A DNA stretch of 64,000 nt from Octopus sinensis (GCF_006345805.1 NC_043001.1:5208001-5272000), one strand, 5' to 3'. Shown: positions 28,163 through 42,229, counted from the stretch's first letter. A program made the numbers and translations. Notes: generated from the sequence alone by a model not told the origin.

Positions 28163-28225
28163 ATTTTACGATTTGGAAACGGCTGAAGACTTTACTGAAG
28201 AAGATATTGCTCAAACAATCACGAG
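28163..28225 (+). CDS. Candidate exon (unverified), RFYDLETAEDFTEEDIAQTIT
   Basis: Donor GAG|GTAAAG; phase-compatible with 27301-27391; weak acceptor (alternative acceptor at 28139). Confidence 0.25.
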
Positions 28226-28624
28226 GTAAAGGCAATGGAAAGTTACCAAAACAACAACATTCTAAGAAAATGAATACACAAAGATCAGTTTGTGCTCTTG
28301 CGATCAGGTTCTGTAATATCTCCCGCTACAGGTCAACTAAACATTATTAACCCTGCTCTTATGTAAACCGCACATCTCGTATACAAACGCTTAAATCGGT
28401 TTTGCAATATATATAGATCCCCCCCCCCCTTTGATCCTCAATTGCCTGTCTTACGTGTTATGTGCGATTTACTTATTAGTAAGGATCATTAAGCAGATAA
28501 AGTATGGCAAGAAACCGTACTCAGGAAATGCTATGGATTACAGCCAGAGTTGTAGGAACTCACTCGCCTGTATTATTATTATCCATATTGATTTTATTGT
28601 TGTTGATGTTTGTTTTTCTAATTA

Positions 28625-28965
28625 TTGAGCGAGAGAGCAGTGCATATCATCAAAGTGAGACTAGGGTGGGGTATAAATATACGAAGCCCTGTATACAGAT
28701 CATGGCTAACAGTCTGAAGAAGGGCATGCCAGGCACATGCACACCACAACCATATGTATGCGACATGGTGATCTTATATCAAGAGAAACAACGCATGACC
28801 TTGCAGTTACGGCCCAGTTCAGGTCGAGTAGCCGATCCTATTGTAAAGGTCCCTCAATAAGATTTATTTAAGGATTTTGAACGAAACACACGTTTACAAA
28901 GGTGACTTATTCAAACAGTTTCAACATATGGATCTGGTGCCACTCAACTACTTCTGCATGTAGGG
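28625..28965 (-). mobile_element. Second copy of the TAA-tailed non-coding repeat (see 11478-11900)
   Basis: Collinear similarity to 11478-11820. Confidence 0.75.
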
Positions 28966-28989
28966 GCAAAGATAACTTGCTCATAAGTA

Positions 28990-29450
28990 AAATGATTGTA
29001 GGGAATAGTCGGAGCAACATGGGGTGTACTTCTATGTACTTCTGTCAGACAATTTAGCCAGAAGTTAGGAATTTATTCCAGTCCAGGGGTTTTCCATTTG
29101 TGAGGCTTCCTAAGAACCTCTTCTATTTCTCTTCAACTTCATCCAGTTTCCCTTTCTCAAGCTCACTCCAGTCTGATTTATCATTATATTCCTTTTTGTT
29201 TTGATAAATATCTTCTTCCAAAACTCTCCATTTCCTCAGTCTTAGGTGGCTTGTGGCTTACTTTTGTAAACACCCCAAAAAACTTTCTTTGCATCCGGCT
29301 TCAATGTCTTGTTTTGTCGATAAAATTTAATTCTTTTTATCATCCCTTCTAAGCCGTTGTGCTTTCAGTTGTATTCATTGCTTCAATCCTTCCTTGGTTG
29401 CGGGGAATTTTATAAAACTGGATTTTCCTAGCTAGCTTCATCTTTAACAT
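28990..29450 (-). mobile_element. Degenerate R4/Dong-like ORF fragment (pre-RT region)
   Basis: Broken minus translation LKAQRLRRDDKRIKFYRQNK...PPKTEEMESF...HKWKTPGL..IPNFWLN. Confidence 0.65.
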
Positions 29451-29719
29451 TTAATCCCAAGCAAGTGCATCGATATCTGACACATCAGCACGCAGAGATT
29501 CGATCTCTTTTTGTATTGCTACTTCGTATTGCTCTATTTACATGAGCACCTAGAACGAGCGAATGAATTATGATTTGCATTTGTGCATTGCTTTCGTTTA
29601 CTACGAAATGACAATCGATGGTGTGGAGATGAAGCAGTGCTGATATCTCCGGAAAGGTATTTGTTAAGGCACAATACACGGGGAATCAGTTTCTGTAGAA
29701 ACCACTGATTTAGCAGCTC

Positions 29720-30290
29720 TATTGTCACCAGTGGTTGTTACAACTGAGAATGGTATCCAGAAGGAGATATTATCTCTCCAGAACACTTGAACACTTCTCT
29801 GTATCTTTAGAAGTGATCCCGAGAGACAGAAACTGGAAAGGGGAATTGAATATCAAAGGTGAATTACTAACACACTTCCGACTCGCAGATGAAATTGTAT
29901 ACATCGGTCAGAAGCAGAGGTCCGCTGCACATAATACAGACGGAAATGAACAGTATAGGTTGCCAATAGAAATGAAAATGAAATGCATGGAATCAAACAA
30001 CAAGCGGTCCAAAACTGTACCACACGACGGAAAACAATGTGGAAGCAATGAACTCGAGGTAGTAAATTAATACGTCTACATAAGTTACAACTAAAGAATG
30101 TGCGCCCTGATACGGACGCTGCAATCTGGAGAGAAGGGAACGATAGGAGGTTTTTTACCACAATAAATGATGTGCACATATTTAAACTGCGAAATTACTA
30201 TACTTGCAAGATTGTTCAATAATATCGCCCTACCGGACCATTTAAACGCACGTAACGCAAAGACAGCGAGATCGTTCTGCTCCATACATG
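29720..30290 (+). mobile_element. Degenerate RTE-clade reverse transcriptase fragment
   Basis: LEVIPRDRNWKGELNIKGELLTHFRLADEIVYI corresponds to the RTE ...G..INGE.L.HLRFADDIVL motif. Confidence 0.75.
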
Positions 30291-30304
30291 CTTAGGTACG
30301 TACG

Positions 30305-30364
30305 CATGTATGTATGTATGTATGTATGTATGTATGTATGTATGTATGTATGTATGTATGTATG

Positions 30365-30395
<31 letters not shown>

Positions 30396-30500
30396 ATATG
30401 TATGCATGTAAGTATACATGTATGTATGCATACATGCATGCGTGTATGTATGTGTATAAGAATCCATGTATGTATCTTTGGACTTACGTATGCATGCATG
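30305..30500. repeat. (TATG)n microsatellite
   Basis: Direct inspection. Confidence 0.95.
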
Positions 30501-31135
30501 TACTTGACAGATATTTTCCCGCCAGAATTACTCTAGGTTGTCTTCCTAGGGTTGAGCAGAGAGTACCTCGGTGGTATCGCTTTTCATACTGCGATGTACA
30601 GCTGGTGGGGATTCCGGCAAACTTTTAGTTAATCATTTCTGTAACAAAGTATTTCAATCACCGATCATAGATCGTGATTGAGGGTGAAAAGTTTGCCTGT
30701 GACTGCTTCCCGGCATGTGAGAGCGTGTGCGTCCGCACGAAGGTACACGTGTACGTGTATGCGTATGTATGTGCTTCAAGTGTATGTGTGTGTATGAGTG
30801 TTTTTTGGTGTGCGCGTGCGTGTGTGTGCGTGTGTAAGAAATGACATGGGAAACCAGTATAAAGGCACACATTTATTTATATACTTCGAATGTCTACAAC
30901 TATGTTTCCGATTACAGAATTTCTTCGATATACCTACAATATTATACAGGCACTATGAAAAGAGCAACAGCCAGTATAAGCGAAACACTGCAAACGCCTG
31001 ACACGTTGGGTGCATCGAGTATTGAGTTCTTTCTCATTCTGTATAAGTTTCATTAATTGTAAAATTGGCTACATGCATCTGCATCTGTATGATACACACA
31101 CACGCACACATACCTACACGCACACACACGCACAT

Positions 31136-31169
<34 letters not shown>

Positions 31170-31526
31170 CTGGCAGTATCGCCCGGCGTTGCTCGGGTTT
31201 GTAAAGGAAATAACTATATAAGCATTTTTAGAGTAAGGGGGGGGTGTTACTGTAGCTTTTTGCGTTCTGAAATTTAATAATAAATTTTTAGAGAGTTACT
31301 TCCCTTATATATGCCAAATATGCATTAAAATGGGAAAAATTGATGGTAATTCTTTTTTAAATCGTAGACTCATCGTAGACGCGCGCTAATACCCAAAAGG
31401 GCACGATATGCATCACGACTATAAGATACCCGGTTTTGGTTAAACTGCACCGCAAAATGTGGGAGTAGTTAGGAATCTAGATCGTAGGAGACAGACAGCA
31501 CACAACCTCTCTTTTATATATAAAGA
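31170..31526 (-). mobile_element. Non-autonomous Helitron (357 bp)
   Basis: Minus strand: A|TCTTTATATATAAAAG 5' end; 3' hairpin CCCGagcaacgcCGGG then CCAG|T (CTRR variant); A^T insertion site within (TA)n. Confidence 0.85.
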
Positions 31527-31639
31527 TATATATATATATATATTTCTTTACTACCCACAAGTGGCTAAACACAGAGGATGGGTATATATACAAGTATGTG
31601 CGTGTATGAGTGTAATTATATGCATAGAAGAATATAGTG

Positions 31640-32005
31640 GTAGGTGTTGTTGGGTAAAAGCTTGCTTCGTAGCCACATATCTACCTTTACAGTTCGACTT
31701 TGTGACACTTGGGACAAGTGTCTTCCAGTATACACTCGAACGAAAAAATGCATGTGAGTTTATCTGACGGATGGAACTTGTAAGAAGCTCCGTGAGTGTG
31801 TTCGCTCGCAGGATGGATTGTCTGTGTGTCTGCCTCCATCTCACCACCAACGTTGATATTTTTACACCACTGTAACCTAGTGTTTTGGCAAAAAAGTTCC
31901 GTAAGAAGAAATGCCAGACGTAATATTAAGTACCAGTGTAGCCTTTTCGACTAAACAATTCACAGCGTTGCTCTAGCATGGTCATACTCAAATGAATGAA
32001 TCATT
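31640..32005 (+). mobile_element. SINE family A, old copy
   Basis: gggacaagtgtcttcc...gtaacctag...ggcaaaa...cgactaaac...ctagcatgg...caaatga. Confidence 0.65.
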
Positions 32006-32451
32006 TACAGGATAAGAATTAATAGAATAAACGTTGAATGACACCACATCCTCTCATGGAAACACAAATCCTCAGGTATATGTTCGATAAAATTCATTCA
32101 TTCTAGCTTGGGACATTAAATGAACATTTATTGATGTATTTTGTCATTTTCTTCCTCGCCATTAAAGAGCATAAATGGAACGCGCAGCGTCCATACGACT
32201 CAGAATGTGACATACGACTCACAACGTGAAATCATGAACACAATCCCTCACACAAACACACTCACACACGCAAACAAACCCCTACACACACATGCACACA
32301 CATACATAGAATTTCACCCAGGCCCCGACAGTAGTAGAAGCAAATAGTTGAAAAATATGTAGTAAACCCACAATAAACTGAGTATTGTGCTAATTTGAAC
32401 CTTTTCCATATTTGATCTGTATATTACCCCGGTAATATTACAAACTTCAGT

Positions 32452-32680
32452 AAAGGCGGTGCACTGGCAGAATGGTAGGACACGCTCGGCAAAATCATAT
32501 GCGATATTTCGTCCATCTTCCCAATTTGAGTTTAAATTGCGCCGAGTTCAACTTTGCCTTTCGTCATTTCGTGTTTGATAAAATAAATACTAGCTTAGTA
32601 ATGGGGTTGATATATCAAGTTACACACTCCCTCGAATGTGCTGGCGTTGCGCCGATTGGGAACCAATATTATGTAAGGTA
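32452..32680 (+). mobile_element. SINE family C copy
   Basis: aaggcggtgcactggcagaatggtagga...gtttaaattgcgccgagttcaactttgcctttc. Confidence 0.75.
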
Positions 32681-35600
32681 GTCACTATATCCCTGGAAAC
32701 AGAGTATATTACGGGAAGCAGAGTATATAGTGATTTCTCAAAACGGTTCTTGAAATTCGCCGCTTCACACTTTTTCAATTCTTCCTGTAAAAATTAAGAA
32801 GCATTTAAAGATATTAAAAGAATATGCCATGTATCTTTTGGGAGGAAGTTTAGTAAGGGGTGTAAAGTATTTTACTGTTTATAGCTTTTCAGCGCCAATG
32901 TTATTTTTGCAATCCTAATAAAAAAAGAATGAACTGACGGTGTTAAGTATTTTTGTGTCTCCTGCGTTAGAAACTTCCTTTATGTAATTGGTGTGCAAGT
33001 TTTAAACCCTAGTGTTGTCATTATGCAGCACTCGATAAGGACACCCAAATATCTTAATGTTAAAACCCATACGTCATATAGCCCTTTGTTGTGGAAATCC
33101 GGGAGGATTTCACTGAAATAATGGATTGCTATATCAGTCAAATATGAAGATATCTGCGTAGAATAAGTTTTATATGAATGGAAATTAATTCAGTGTCACT
33201 CTGCTTCTAACGATTATTTATAAATTCATCTGTGTCACAGATGACACCACACTTCTATTGAATTTGAAATTCCAAGTCTCAATATCATCTTAGCGATACC
33301 ATAAAATACATTTCTGCCTACACCATATTCTATTGTTAGTAGTAAAAACCATGTTGGGTAATTTGATAATGATTTCAACATATTCGTATTCTCTCCCATA
33401 TTCGTATTATCTCTCATAAGAATGTTTAAACGTGACGTTGTACGCTGTCCTACGCTGAGAGTTACACACTCACTCAGAATCCTACTCTGCATTAATAGAA
33501 TGGATGAAAAATAAAATAGGGGAATGCAATGGATCCCGAATTTCGTTTTACGTAATAAAATAATGTACAATATTCAATGATACGCCTGGTTTAATGGAGA
33601 TATAATGAAATGATAGCTACATAATGTAATCTTTAAGATATTTTTGTAGCAGCTTTTTGTTGGAATTCGATCTCTGTCACTTTCCAGTTGGGTAGCATTG
33701 ATATACGGGTCAATAAAGATAAAATGCATTTCAATACACCATTGAAATGCAACAATTAAAATACTGTTGTGTTTCATTTTTATTTAATTGATGATAGTAC
33801 ACTTGGTAGATTAATAATAGATTAATTATATTAATTAGTTGTTCCTTTCTAGTAATACATAAACAGTATCTAGCAACATCAGGCATTTCCTACTTTTCAG
33901 ATGTTTAGGTACGCGCCATTTTACTGACTGAATGATTGAGCAATACTTTCAGTTGTCACTGTACATTTATTCAAAATGAAACAGAAATGAAAGGCTAAAA
34001 ATATTAAAATGATAAGTGTAATCACATTTATCAGCTTCTTCATTCTGGCAATACATTTGTGCATTTTTTATCGTCTATTTTTTTCGTTAATTGTGTTTCT
34101 CTCTGTCAGATCTAATCTATAGCCTATTAATCGAATATCATTTGTGCATTGGATTTAATGTTTTATAATATGTTTTTCGAATAGGATTATAATTTGTGAA
34201 TAAACGGCATCTGCTACCCTCCTAACATGTATTTCGGAGATTTACTTTTACAATTTCTTTAAAATGCGCCATTATTCACTCAACAAGTTTTTCAATATCA
34301 CATTTTAATTATTTATTTGCTGCTTTTATTCTCACTCTTCTATTGCTCATCTGCATCTTAAATGTCATCTGTCTTTACAAAAGAAAATTGCATCTTAGAA
34401 ATTCCAAAAGAAATGAAACGGCAATAACTGCTCCTTATCTGATATATTGTTCTCTTTTACTCCACTTGGCTGCCATTTCCATTTTCCGTTGCAAAATCAT
34501 TGACATTTTCTTAAAAAACACTTTTTGAAAATTCTTTATTCAACTTTTAACTTCCATTCTCTATCTTTGTTGACATCTATTAAGACTCATTTCTTCACTG
34601 ATGTATTTTTTCTATGTTGGAAGATATACATAAAAGATTATTTCTCAATTGTTTCGTAGATTTGCCTCCTTTAATATTTTATATTGAATTTCTTATGCCT
34701 TTCTAATTTTCAATCATACTTTTAAATTATGTTGCGATTTTTATTTATTATCAAAGTTATTTCTACATTATATATCAAAAATAAGACATTAACTTTAAAA
34801 ACTCTGCAATAATTTTTATATGTCAGAGTGAAATGTTGCTTGCCATATGAAACTTGCATAACATTCAAGTGTTCAGATGGAAATAAATCAATGTTTATAT
34901 GTTTGTTTCATTACAAAAGTCGAGTTTCTTTCTGTAATCGAGTATTAAGTGCCATGAAATACAGTCAAACACAACATCCTTAATATTCCCACTTTAATAA
35001 CCATGCTGATATTTTGTATTTATTCACTTCACAATAAAATATATCCTCAGTACAATTTTGCAACATTATCGTGTATGAACATCCACATTTTGTAAAAATG
35101 TGTTCGCATCGATACATAATAATATGATATCTTTAAAATATAAATTCTATTGGAAATTAGCCAAATAATCTCTGGAGGCTGTCCGAATGGAGATACAATG
35201 CAAACGTTTATCGCATCTAAAAATGACTTTAAATATACTTGACATGCTATTTAAATGCCATAGCAATATGTGGCCAATATCGGACGACGATGATAAGGAA
35301 AATGGTTTGAATCAACGTGTCTCGATTAGATGGAAACTCAGTGCCATACAATGGCATATATATGTTAATGTGGTATTTTTTTAATTATATACTCTATGAC
35401 TCCCTTTTAAACATACCAATAAATGTTAGTAAATTGGATAGAACAATTAACTACACATACGTTTTCATTAAATACGCATTGGCGAAGTGTTTAAACTTGA
35501 AACATTTTTACAACCGAATAAAGCTCTACATGTAACATATTTTGCTAGTTTATTAAAATTTAAAGAACCAGTTCTAGGTTTGGCTTCAATTCATTTTCGC

Positions 35601-37267
35601 TCTACATGTGATCCCTCCGACACAAACTTACAGAACTGTTAATAATATTACGTATCTCTGCTACATTAAAAGTTCGAAAAAAATCCTTAAAGTTGAAAGC
35701 TAATCTTACTTCCTATTGCGTTTCTTTTAATTTAATACTATATTTACGAATTTTGGTATTGTGGAAGCATCAAAACTATTGTTCTAAATTGTGTGTAGAC
35801 ATACGGAAAAAAATCTAATATGGTACAGGACTGGCAAGGTATGTTAGTAATGCACCATCAAAGAAGGGTCATCTGATCGTATTATAACTAAAATAGCCAA
35901 AGCAACTACAAACTTCGCGTACAGAGGAAACAAATGAAAAAGGTAAAAGAAAGAATTTACTAAAGAACAATGATGAGTGAAATAAATTCCAGAAAAACCT
36001 CGGTATGAAATATCAGTCATAAACAATATTACTAGTAAACAATAACAATAAAATTTTCAACAATATTCATAATTATGAAGAACTTGATTCCTTATTTTTA
36101 ACATAATTTAGTGGAAGAAAATTTTACCTGATTTTCATCACGAAATTCAGGAATTCAACAAAAGAACGCTGTTGAAATATTATTTTCTCCTCGCAATAAC
36201 TGCAGAGACGAACTTGCACGTTTTGCCACTAGGCCATTGTTAAAAATCTACAGGAAGCTGAGAAAAATATTCATGTCTAGATTAAAACAGAAGAATGATG
36301 TTAAGTCACCCTCTGATATTTTCCTTTGTTTTCGATATTTTTTAGCCGACATCATTCAATGCTTATCATGCCATTTTGTTATGAATAACGCAGATAATTT
36401 ATTATTAAATCGAAGCAACCCCATGTAGTCATATTAACGCCCTGTTGAAGAATTGGATCAAATGTTTATTTTGTTCGTGAATAACTTCAATATTTTCTTG
36501 TCATTCAAAGAATTAAAGAATATAAGCTACCAAACAAATCGTTTAGAATAACCCTTAGTGCATTGTGTCATTATAAGTTACAATTGGAATATTAAGAACG
36601 ATAGAACAAAATACCAAACATATATTCCAGAAACAGCGTATGACAAGTTTCTAAAAGAAAATTTACGAAACTTGGCTGTGGCTTTAAATTATCTTACAAA
36701 ATGTATTTATTCATTTCTAAAAATTTGAAAACGCCATTTGACATATCATGGAAAATCTATTCCACACAGCAGAGAATTAATAAGAGTCTGTAGGACGAAT
36801 ATAACTGCAGACCAATTTCGTTAGCGATTAAAGTACGTGTACTTGGATTGAAACAAATTTTCTGATATTTCTAGAATTACATTTGTTTTGTTTTTCAGTT
36901 CTTAATTGCTAGAAAGTTTCTACTTGTTGGAACGTTCATAGCAATTCTAACTTAAATTTTGGACGGCCCTCTGTGTGTAGAGTCCCTCAAAATATAATTC
37001 TCTTCGTTTGGAAGAAGGAACATTTATTGTCGTGTGGCCTATTTTGTCAAAGGGGCTACAGGTACACACGCATGAACATTCACGTACCTATTTACGCAGG
37101 AATAAATGCACTCGTGTGTGAATGGACGAAATGTTTCAGCGAATGGTGCTTCGACCAAAAGAGGAGAATTATATTTTGAGAAAGCGCTAGACTCAGAGCG
37201 CCCTCCATGATTTATTAACCATCCAGGCTGTTGTAGAATATCTGAATCCCCTGTTCTGAGATAAGGT

Positions 37268-37737
37268 CTGAATAAATTATTTATATTATTTACATTTGAC
37301 GGATTTGTTTTTTGTTAACACAATGTTTCCGCAGATATACCCTCCAGACTTCATTAGGTGAAGAAGAAGAAGAAGAAGAGAAGAAGAAGAAGAAATCATA
37401 CCAACTAATAAATATGAAGAAGAAGAAGAAAGAAGAAGAAGAAGAAGAAAGAAGAAGAAGAAATCATACCAACTAATAAATATGAAGAAGAAGAAGAAGA
37501 AGAAGAAGAAGAAGAAGAAGAAGAAGAAGAAGAAGAAGAAGAAGAAGAAGAATGATAGTAACATCCAAAATACCTTAAGAATTAGAATCCAGATTCGAAA
37601 CTTTCCCAAGACACCTCGAGTGTATATCAGGTGAAACGTTGTGTTAACAAGAAAGAAGATGGGGACGATGAGACCCGTCAAATGTTAATAATGTAAATAA
37701 TGTAGATAATTCCTCATCTCTTAAATATAGAACTGTA
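37268..37737. mobile_element. Fold-back MITE with internal (GAA)n array
   Basis: Ends ...catttgacgga...ttgttaacacaatgtttc and gaaacgttgtgttaacaa...cgtcaaatg are inverted. The internal (GAA)n (37366-37550) contains aaatcataccaactaataaatat twice. Confidence 0.75.
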
Positions 37738-38589
37738 TGGTCTGTATAGAATTTCCAAACAAGAATAGCTCCAATTGAATCACATCGCTACACTCTAGCT
37801 CACACTCTATATAAGTATTCCATGGAAACAGTTTTCTCGCACTCATCTATCCGTATCACACATCGTTCCGGTTTAGAACCTCTTGGTTTCTACAACAAGA
37901 CTTCTTTCGAGAGAGTTAGAGGTTGTGAATCTAACCAACTAAGGGATAATATCTATCCAACATACTTGCTGGTAGAATACCCAATTATTAATACACAAGT
38001 GTTTTTTTCATTGCATATCAATTACACTACAAAATGTAATAAATGGGTGAGAGTAAAAAGTTGTTTTACTCTTAATTTATACGGCAATAAGAAAATGGAG
38101 GGGATCAAGAGGTGGTATTCATCAACTTTTCGACACTATATTATGTCTATTCATTAAAAAAAAAACAATTACAACAGTATACATACACGTATAACATATT
38201 ATGCTTTACATATATAAAATAGCAGTAATTATTAAAATATATAACGTATATATATATGTGTGTGTGTGTATGAGTGTGTGTGTGTGTAGTATCTATTTAT
38301 ATGTACCTATCTCTCTATATATCTATCAGTCTATCTATATATTTATCTTTGTATGCTGGTTCCGTAGCAAGAAGATAGCAGGGTTCGCTCCCATGCTTAC
38401 AATAACATCGAATGAATGCAGGTTTGCATCGCTAAGCATCTACAGGAGATGCTATCTTAGGGTTCAATGATCACTGTAAAGTCTGTTGAAACAGAACAGC
38501 GGCGTTGAAATGACTACGAACATTAGTTGCTAGTACAACTACTGCATTCATCTCTTAGAGAGACGTTTTAGAACTAGCTTTTTGTATTT

Positions 38590-38628
<39 letters not shown>

Positions 38629-39707
38629 TCGATATGTATATAGATATAATATTAGCGAGTTTATATAATTTATTCGTTTTCTATTATTTCTTGCTGATTA
38701 CTCACGTACACCGCCTCCTTTTCCTGTGTACATGTATGTGTGCAAGTGTGTTTGTGTGTGTACAGAGTAGGTATTTTTATTTACATTGTAGTTTAAGATT
38801 TCGAGACCATAATTTATGTAGAGACGTACTCAGAACATATTAATGGGTTTTCATCCATTTCCCTAAATATACACCCCGATTGTTGTTGCAGAAAACAAGG
38901 CATTCTTACCTGGCTAAGTAAATATGCATAACATCTCAGAGTTACAATAGTATCTAAAAATGTCCATTATCTTTTTAATGTCAAACCCTCAATTCTCTCT
39001 AAATGTTATCAACATTTTATTATCAAACTCGCATTCATTTCTATATCATATTTTGCCATCATATGTATCGCAAATAGACAGAGTATAGAAAACGACATAA
39101 AAGTGAGAAAGTTACACTGATGTAGCATTGAAACTGATACGATCAACATTATTTGTTTTAATCAGCGACAATGACGAACAACATAACGATATAAGGCAAA
39201 CATATACATCCTGAGTAAAACATTGATTGAAATATAATTTACTCCGAGCGAGATTAATCTTCTGCCGGAGGGCTTCATTTTAGTTAATTAACTTTAATGA
39301 TAAATCATCAATCCTTTGGGCAGTATTCAACAACAACAAAAAACATTTGTCTGTCGTTCATTTGCTGAACACTGCTATGATTAAAGAGTTAAATTAATTT
39401 TTCTGACTTTAGAGAACTAGTGTAAAAGTTGAAATTCCACTGAAAGTTAAACACAACAAAGGCTAAGAAAATTGTAAAAATGCATCCATTGTGTGTGTAT
39501 ATATGTAGAAGGCAATTCTGTCGGAAAGAAAAATAATTCTAAGGTTATAAGAAGACGATGTTGTATATCGATATTCAAATTACACGAGACGAATGCTTGG
39601 TTTGAAGATTAACAATAGAGGGAAGTTGTTTGTCTAAAGATATACCTATTTATTTACGCACGTACATATACACACAAAGTTATATACATACATACATTCA
39701 TATACAT

Positions 39708-39747
<40 letters not shown>

Positions 39748-39752
<5 letters not shown>

Positions 39753-40052
39753 CGTCACCGTGACCGACCAGGCTACAGATGTTGCTTCATATCTCTTGTC
39801 ACAATGCGCTTCGCATTGTTTTAGTCTTCAAATGACGCCACCTCTCTGGCTAAGCGAGCAGGCCAACAGAAGAAAGAGAGAAAGTTGTGGCGAAAGAGTA
39901 CAGCAGGGGTCTCCACCACCCAATGCCGGAGCCTCGTGGAACTTTAGGTGTTTTTGCTCGATAAACACTCACAACGCCCGGTCATGGAATCGAAACCGCG
40001 ATCCCACGACCGCTAGTCCGCTGCTCTAACCACTGGAGCATTGCGTCTCCAC
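39748..40052 (-). mobile_element. tRNA-derived SINE family D, apparently full length
   Basis: Minus strand gtggagacgcaatgctccagtggttagagcagcgg (A box) ... ggtttcgattcc (B box); between (TA)n and (CA)n. Confidence 0.85.
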
Positions 40053-40419
40053 ACACACACATACACACATACACGCAAATATATATATCCACACACATAT
40101 ATATGTGTGTGAAGGGTGCAATACGTATATGTTTACATGCACACATGTACACGCACGCATTACACACACAACAACACAGTATACAAAGAAAATTAAGAAG
40201 TATAAGATTAACATATTTATTCCACAATTGATATCCATCAGATTACTACCTTTTCGAAACCAGCATAATGGAAAAAGAAAATGTTAGTGTATGAGAAATA
40301 ATTTTACATGTCGGCAATACATTATTTACATTATTTACATTGGACGGATATTTGCCCTCATCTTGTTGGTTCTAAACACAGCGTTTCGAACTGGGGTCTC
40401 ATTCCTAATGTCTTTTTAT

Positions 40420-40420
40420 G

Positions 40421-40468
<48 letters not shown>

Positions 40469-40537
40469 TTTAGGTCACTGTCTGGAATCGAACTCGGAAT
40501 CTTGTGGTTACTAGACCATGCTCTTGATCACTAAGCC
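40420..40537 (-). mobile_element. Short tRNA-like SINE head followed by (TAG)n
   Basis: Minus strand tggcttagtga (A box) ... gagttcgattcc (B box). Confidence 0.6.
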
Positions 40538-42229
40538 AATGGTACCGTCTTCTTCATAAGGACCCAGTATTGCAAAAGCCTGAGCTTCAGGGGATCAGAA
40601 ATGTTTAACATCCTGGCAGGGATCCTACGTGATCTGCAAGTTGTTCATGTGGAACCGTTCGAAATGCATCTGCATAAATATCCATCTGGAATCCCTGATA
40701 TGCACAGCACAAGTGCACAGATGTATTCACGCACACGCCAACACACACACACATATACACACACTCCCTTTCTCTCTCTCTCTCTCTCACACACACACAT
40801 ACACACATTGTGTTCTTCCGTAAATGCAACATATAATCCTAGTAATAGACGAATATGTTCTTTGAATTCATATTAGCGGAATTTTTTTTAATTGTTGCCA
40901 AGATATACGCACATGTGAAGGTATATGAAATGGAGAGGTTCTAAACCAATATTCCCTTCGATATCGTGGCACGTATATAATAGCGCAATATCAGAACCGT
41001 ATACTGACACAAGCATATAAATATTTATATATGTATGAAGATAGACATACATGCGTACAAATGTGTCTGAGTGTATATGCATGTACTGGTGTCTACATAA
41101 AGTCTTTGGGCACTTTAATATCGCTGAAGATATTAAGGTGTATTATCGAATTGATTATAATTTACAGTTTTCCGATATTTATAAAGGAAAAAACATACTT
41201 AAATGAAATGTAACGTATAAAATTTCTCACAGTCTTTATGAATAATTTTTTTCTCTGAAAAAATTATATTTGAAATAAAAATTGCATTAAGTAAATTTGT
41301 GCGGTAGAGGTTGATATCTGAATGGTTTTGCTTGTGAGGCTAAGGAAGTAATTCCCATACTTTAAATGTTGTACAGTTACACTGACTTGAGAATCATTTA
41401 TTGATTGATTCAGAAATATGCAATTTTCATAAAGAAATTGTTTTCTGATATTTCACATTAGTACAAAATAAAATTAAAATACAATAATCGATATCAACAT
41501 CTGTATTCTAAATTCCTAGCTTTGACAGTATGTATTTTATGCATTACTTGTCTAGTACCAGTCTTTCTTACCAGTTTTGTTCCGACGAAATCGTGTTCAT
41601 TTTCTAATACAGATACATTAATCCCAAGTGTATTTTCTTTTTGTCCTTTTCTTTAGTTAACAAGCTTTCTGATTGATATCGAGTGATTCTGGAATGTATT
41701 GAAATCATATATGAAACATTTAAGAATATTTCTTTAAATATGCACAAAGTATTCCATCCAATACTGAATAAAATGTTTCTTAAAAACAAAAATGATATTT
41801 AGCGTCAGCAGCTGCCATAGAATATTTTTTTCCTCATGTCAAATGGCAAGCTTAGCTCTTGTTTATCTGCAGCAATGAAAGTGTCTCTTGCCAGAACCCC
41901 ACTCTATGAGCGAAGTCGCTACTTTTGGTGACATCTTTAGAATAGAAATTACTTTAACCATTCTTAATTTTACAAACACTTCTGCTAACCATCCAAGTGT
42001 TACACCAATTGTATCCCGACTACTTTATATTTCTAAAATAATATCAATTCTGATTTAACAACTTTTTTCGTTGATTTGATGGTTAAACAGTAACGTCATT
42101 GCTCACTTGCTTAGTTGGTAAAACGGATAAGTCGCATATGGCATAATTTTAACGGTGCGCTACACACTGCATTCCCTGCTTACGTTACTATAAAGGCTCT
42201 TAATTAATTGCGCCAGTACTGTTTGCAGG

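Noticed and set aside
30671-30710. IVIEGEKFACDC resembling a fungal copper-fist N-terminus
   Set aside because: Lacks the following C-x-RGHR motif, and the taxon does not fit
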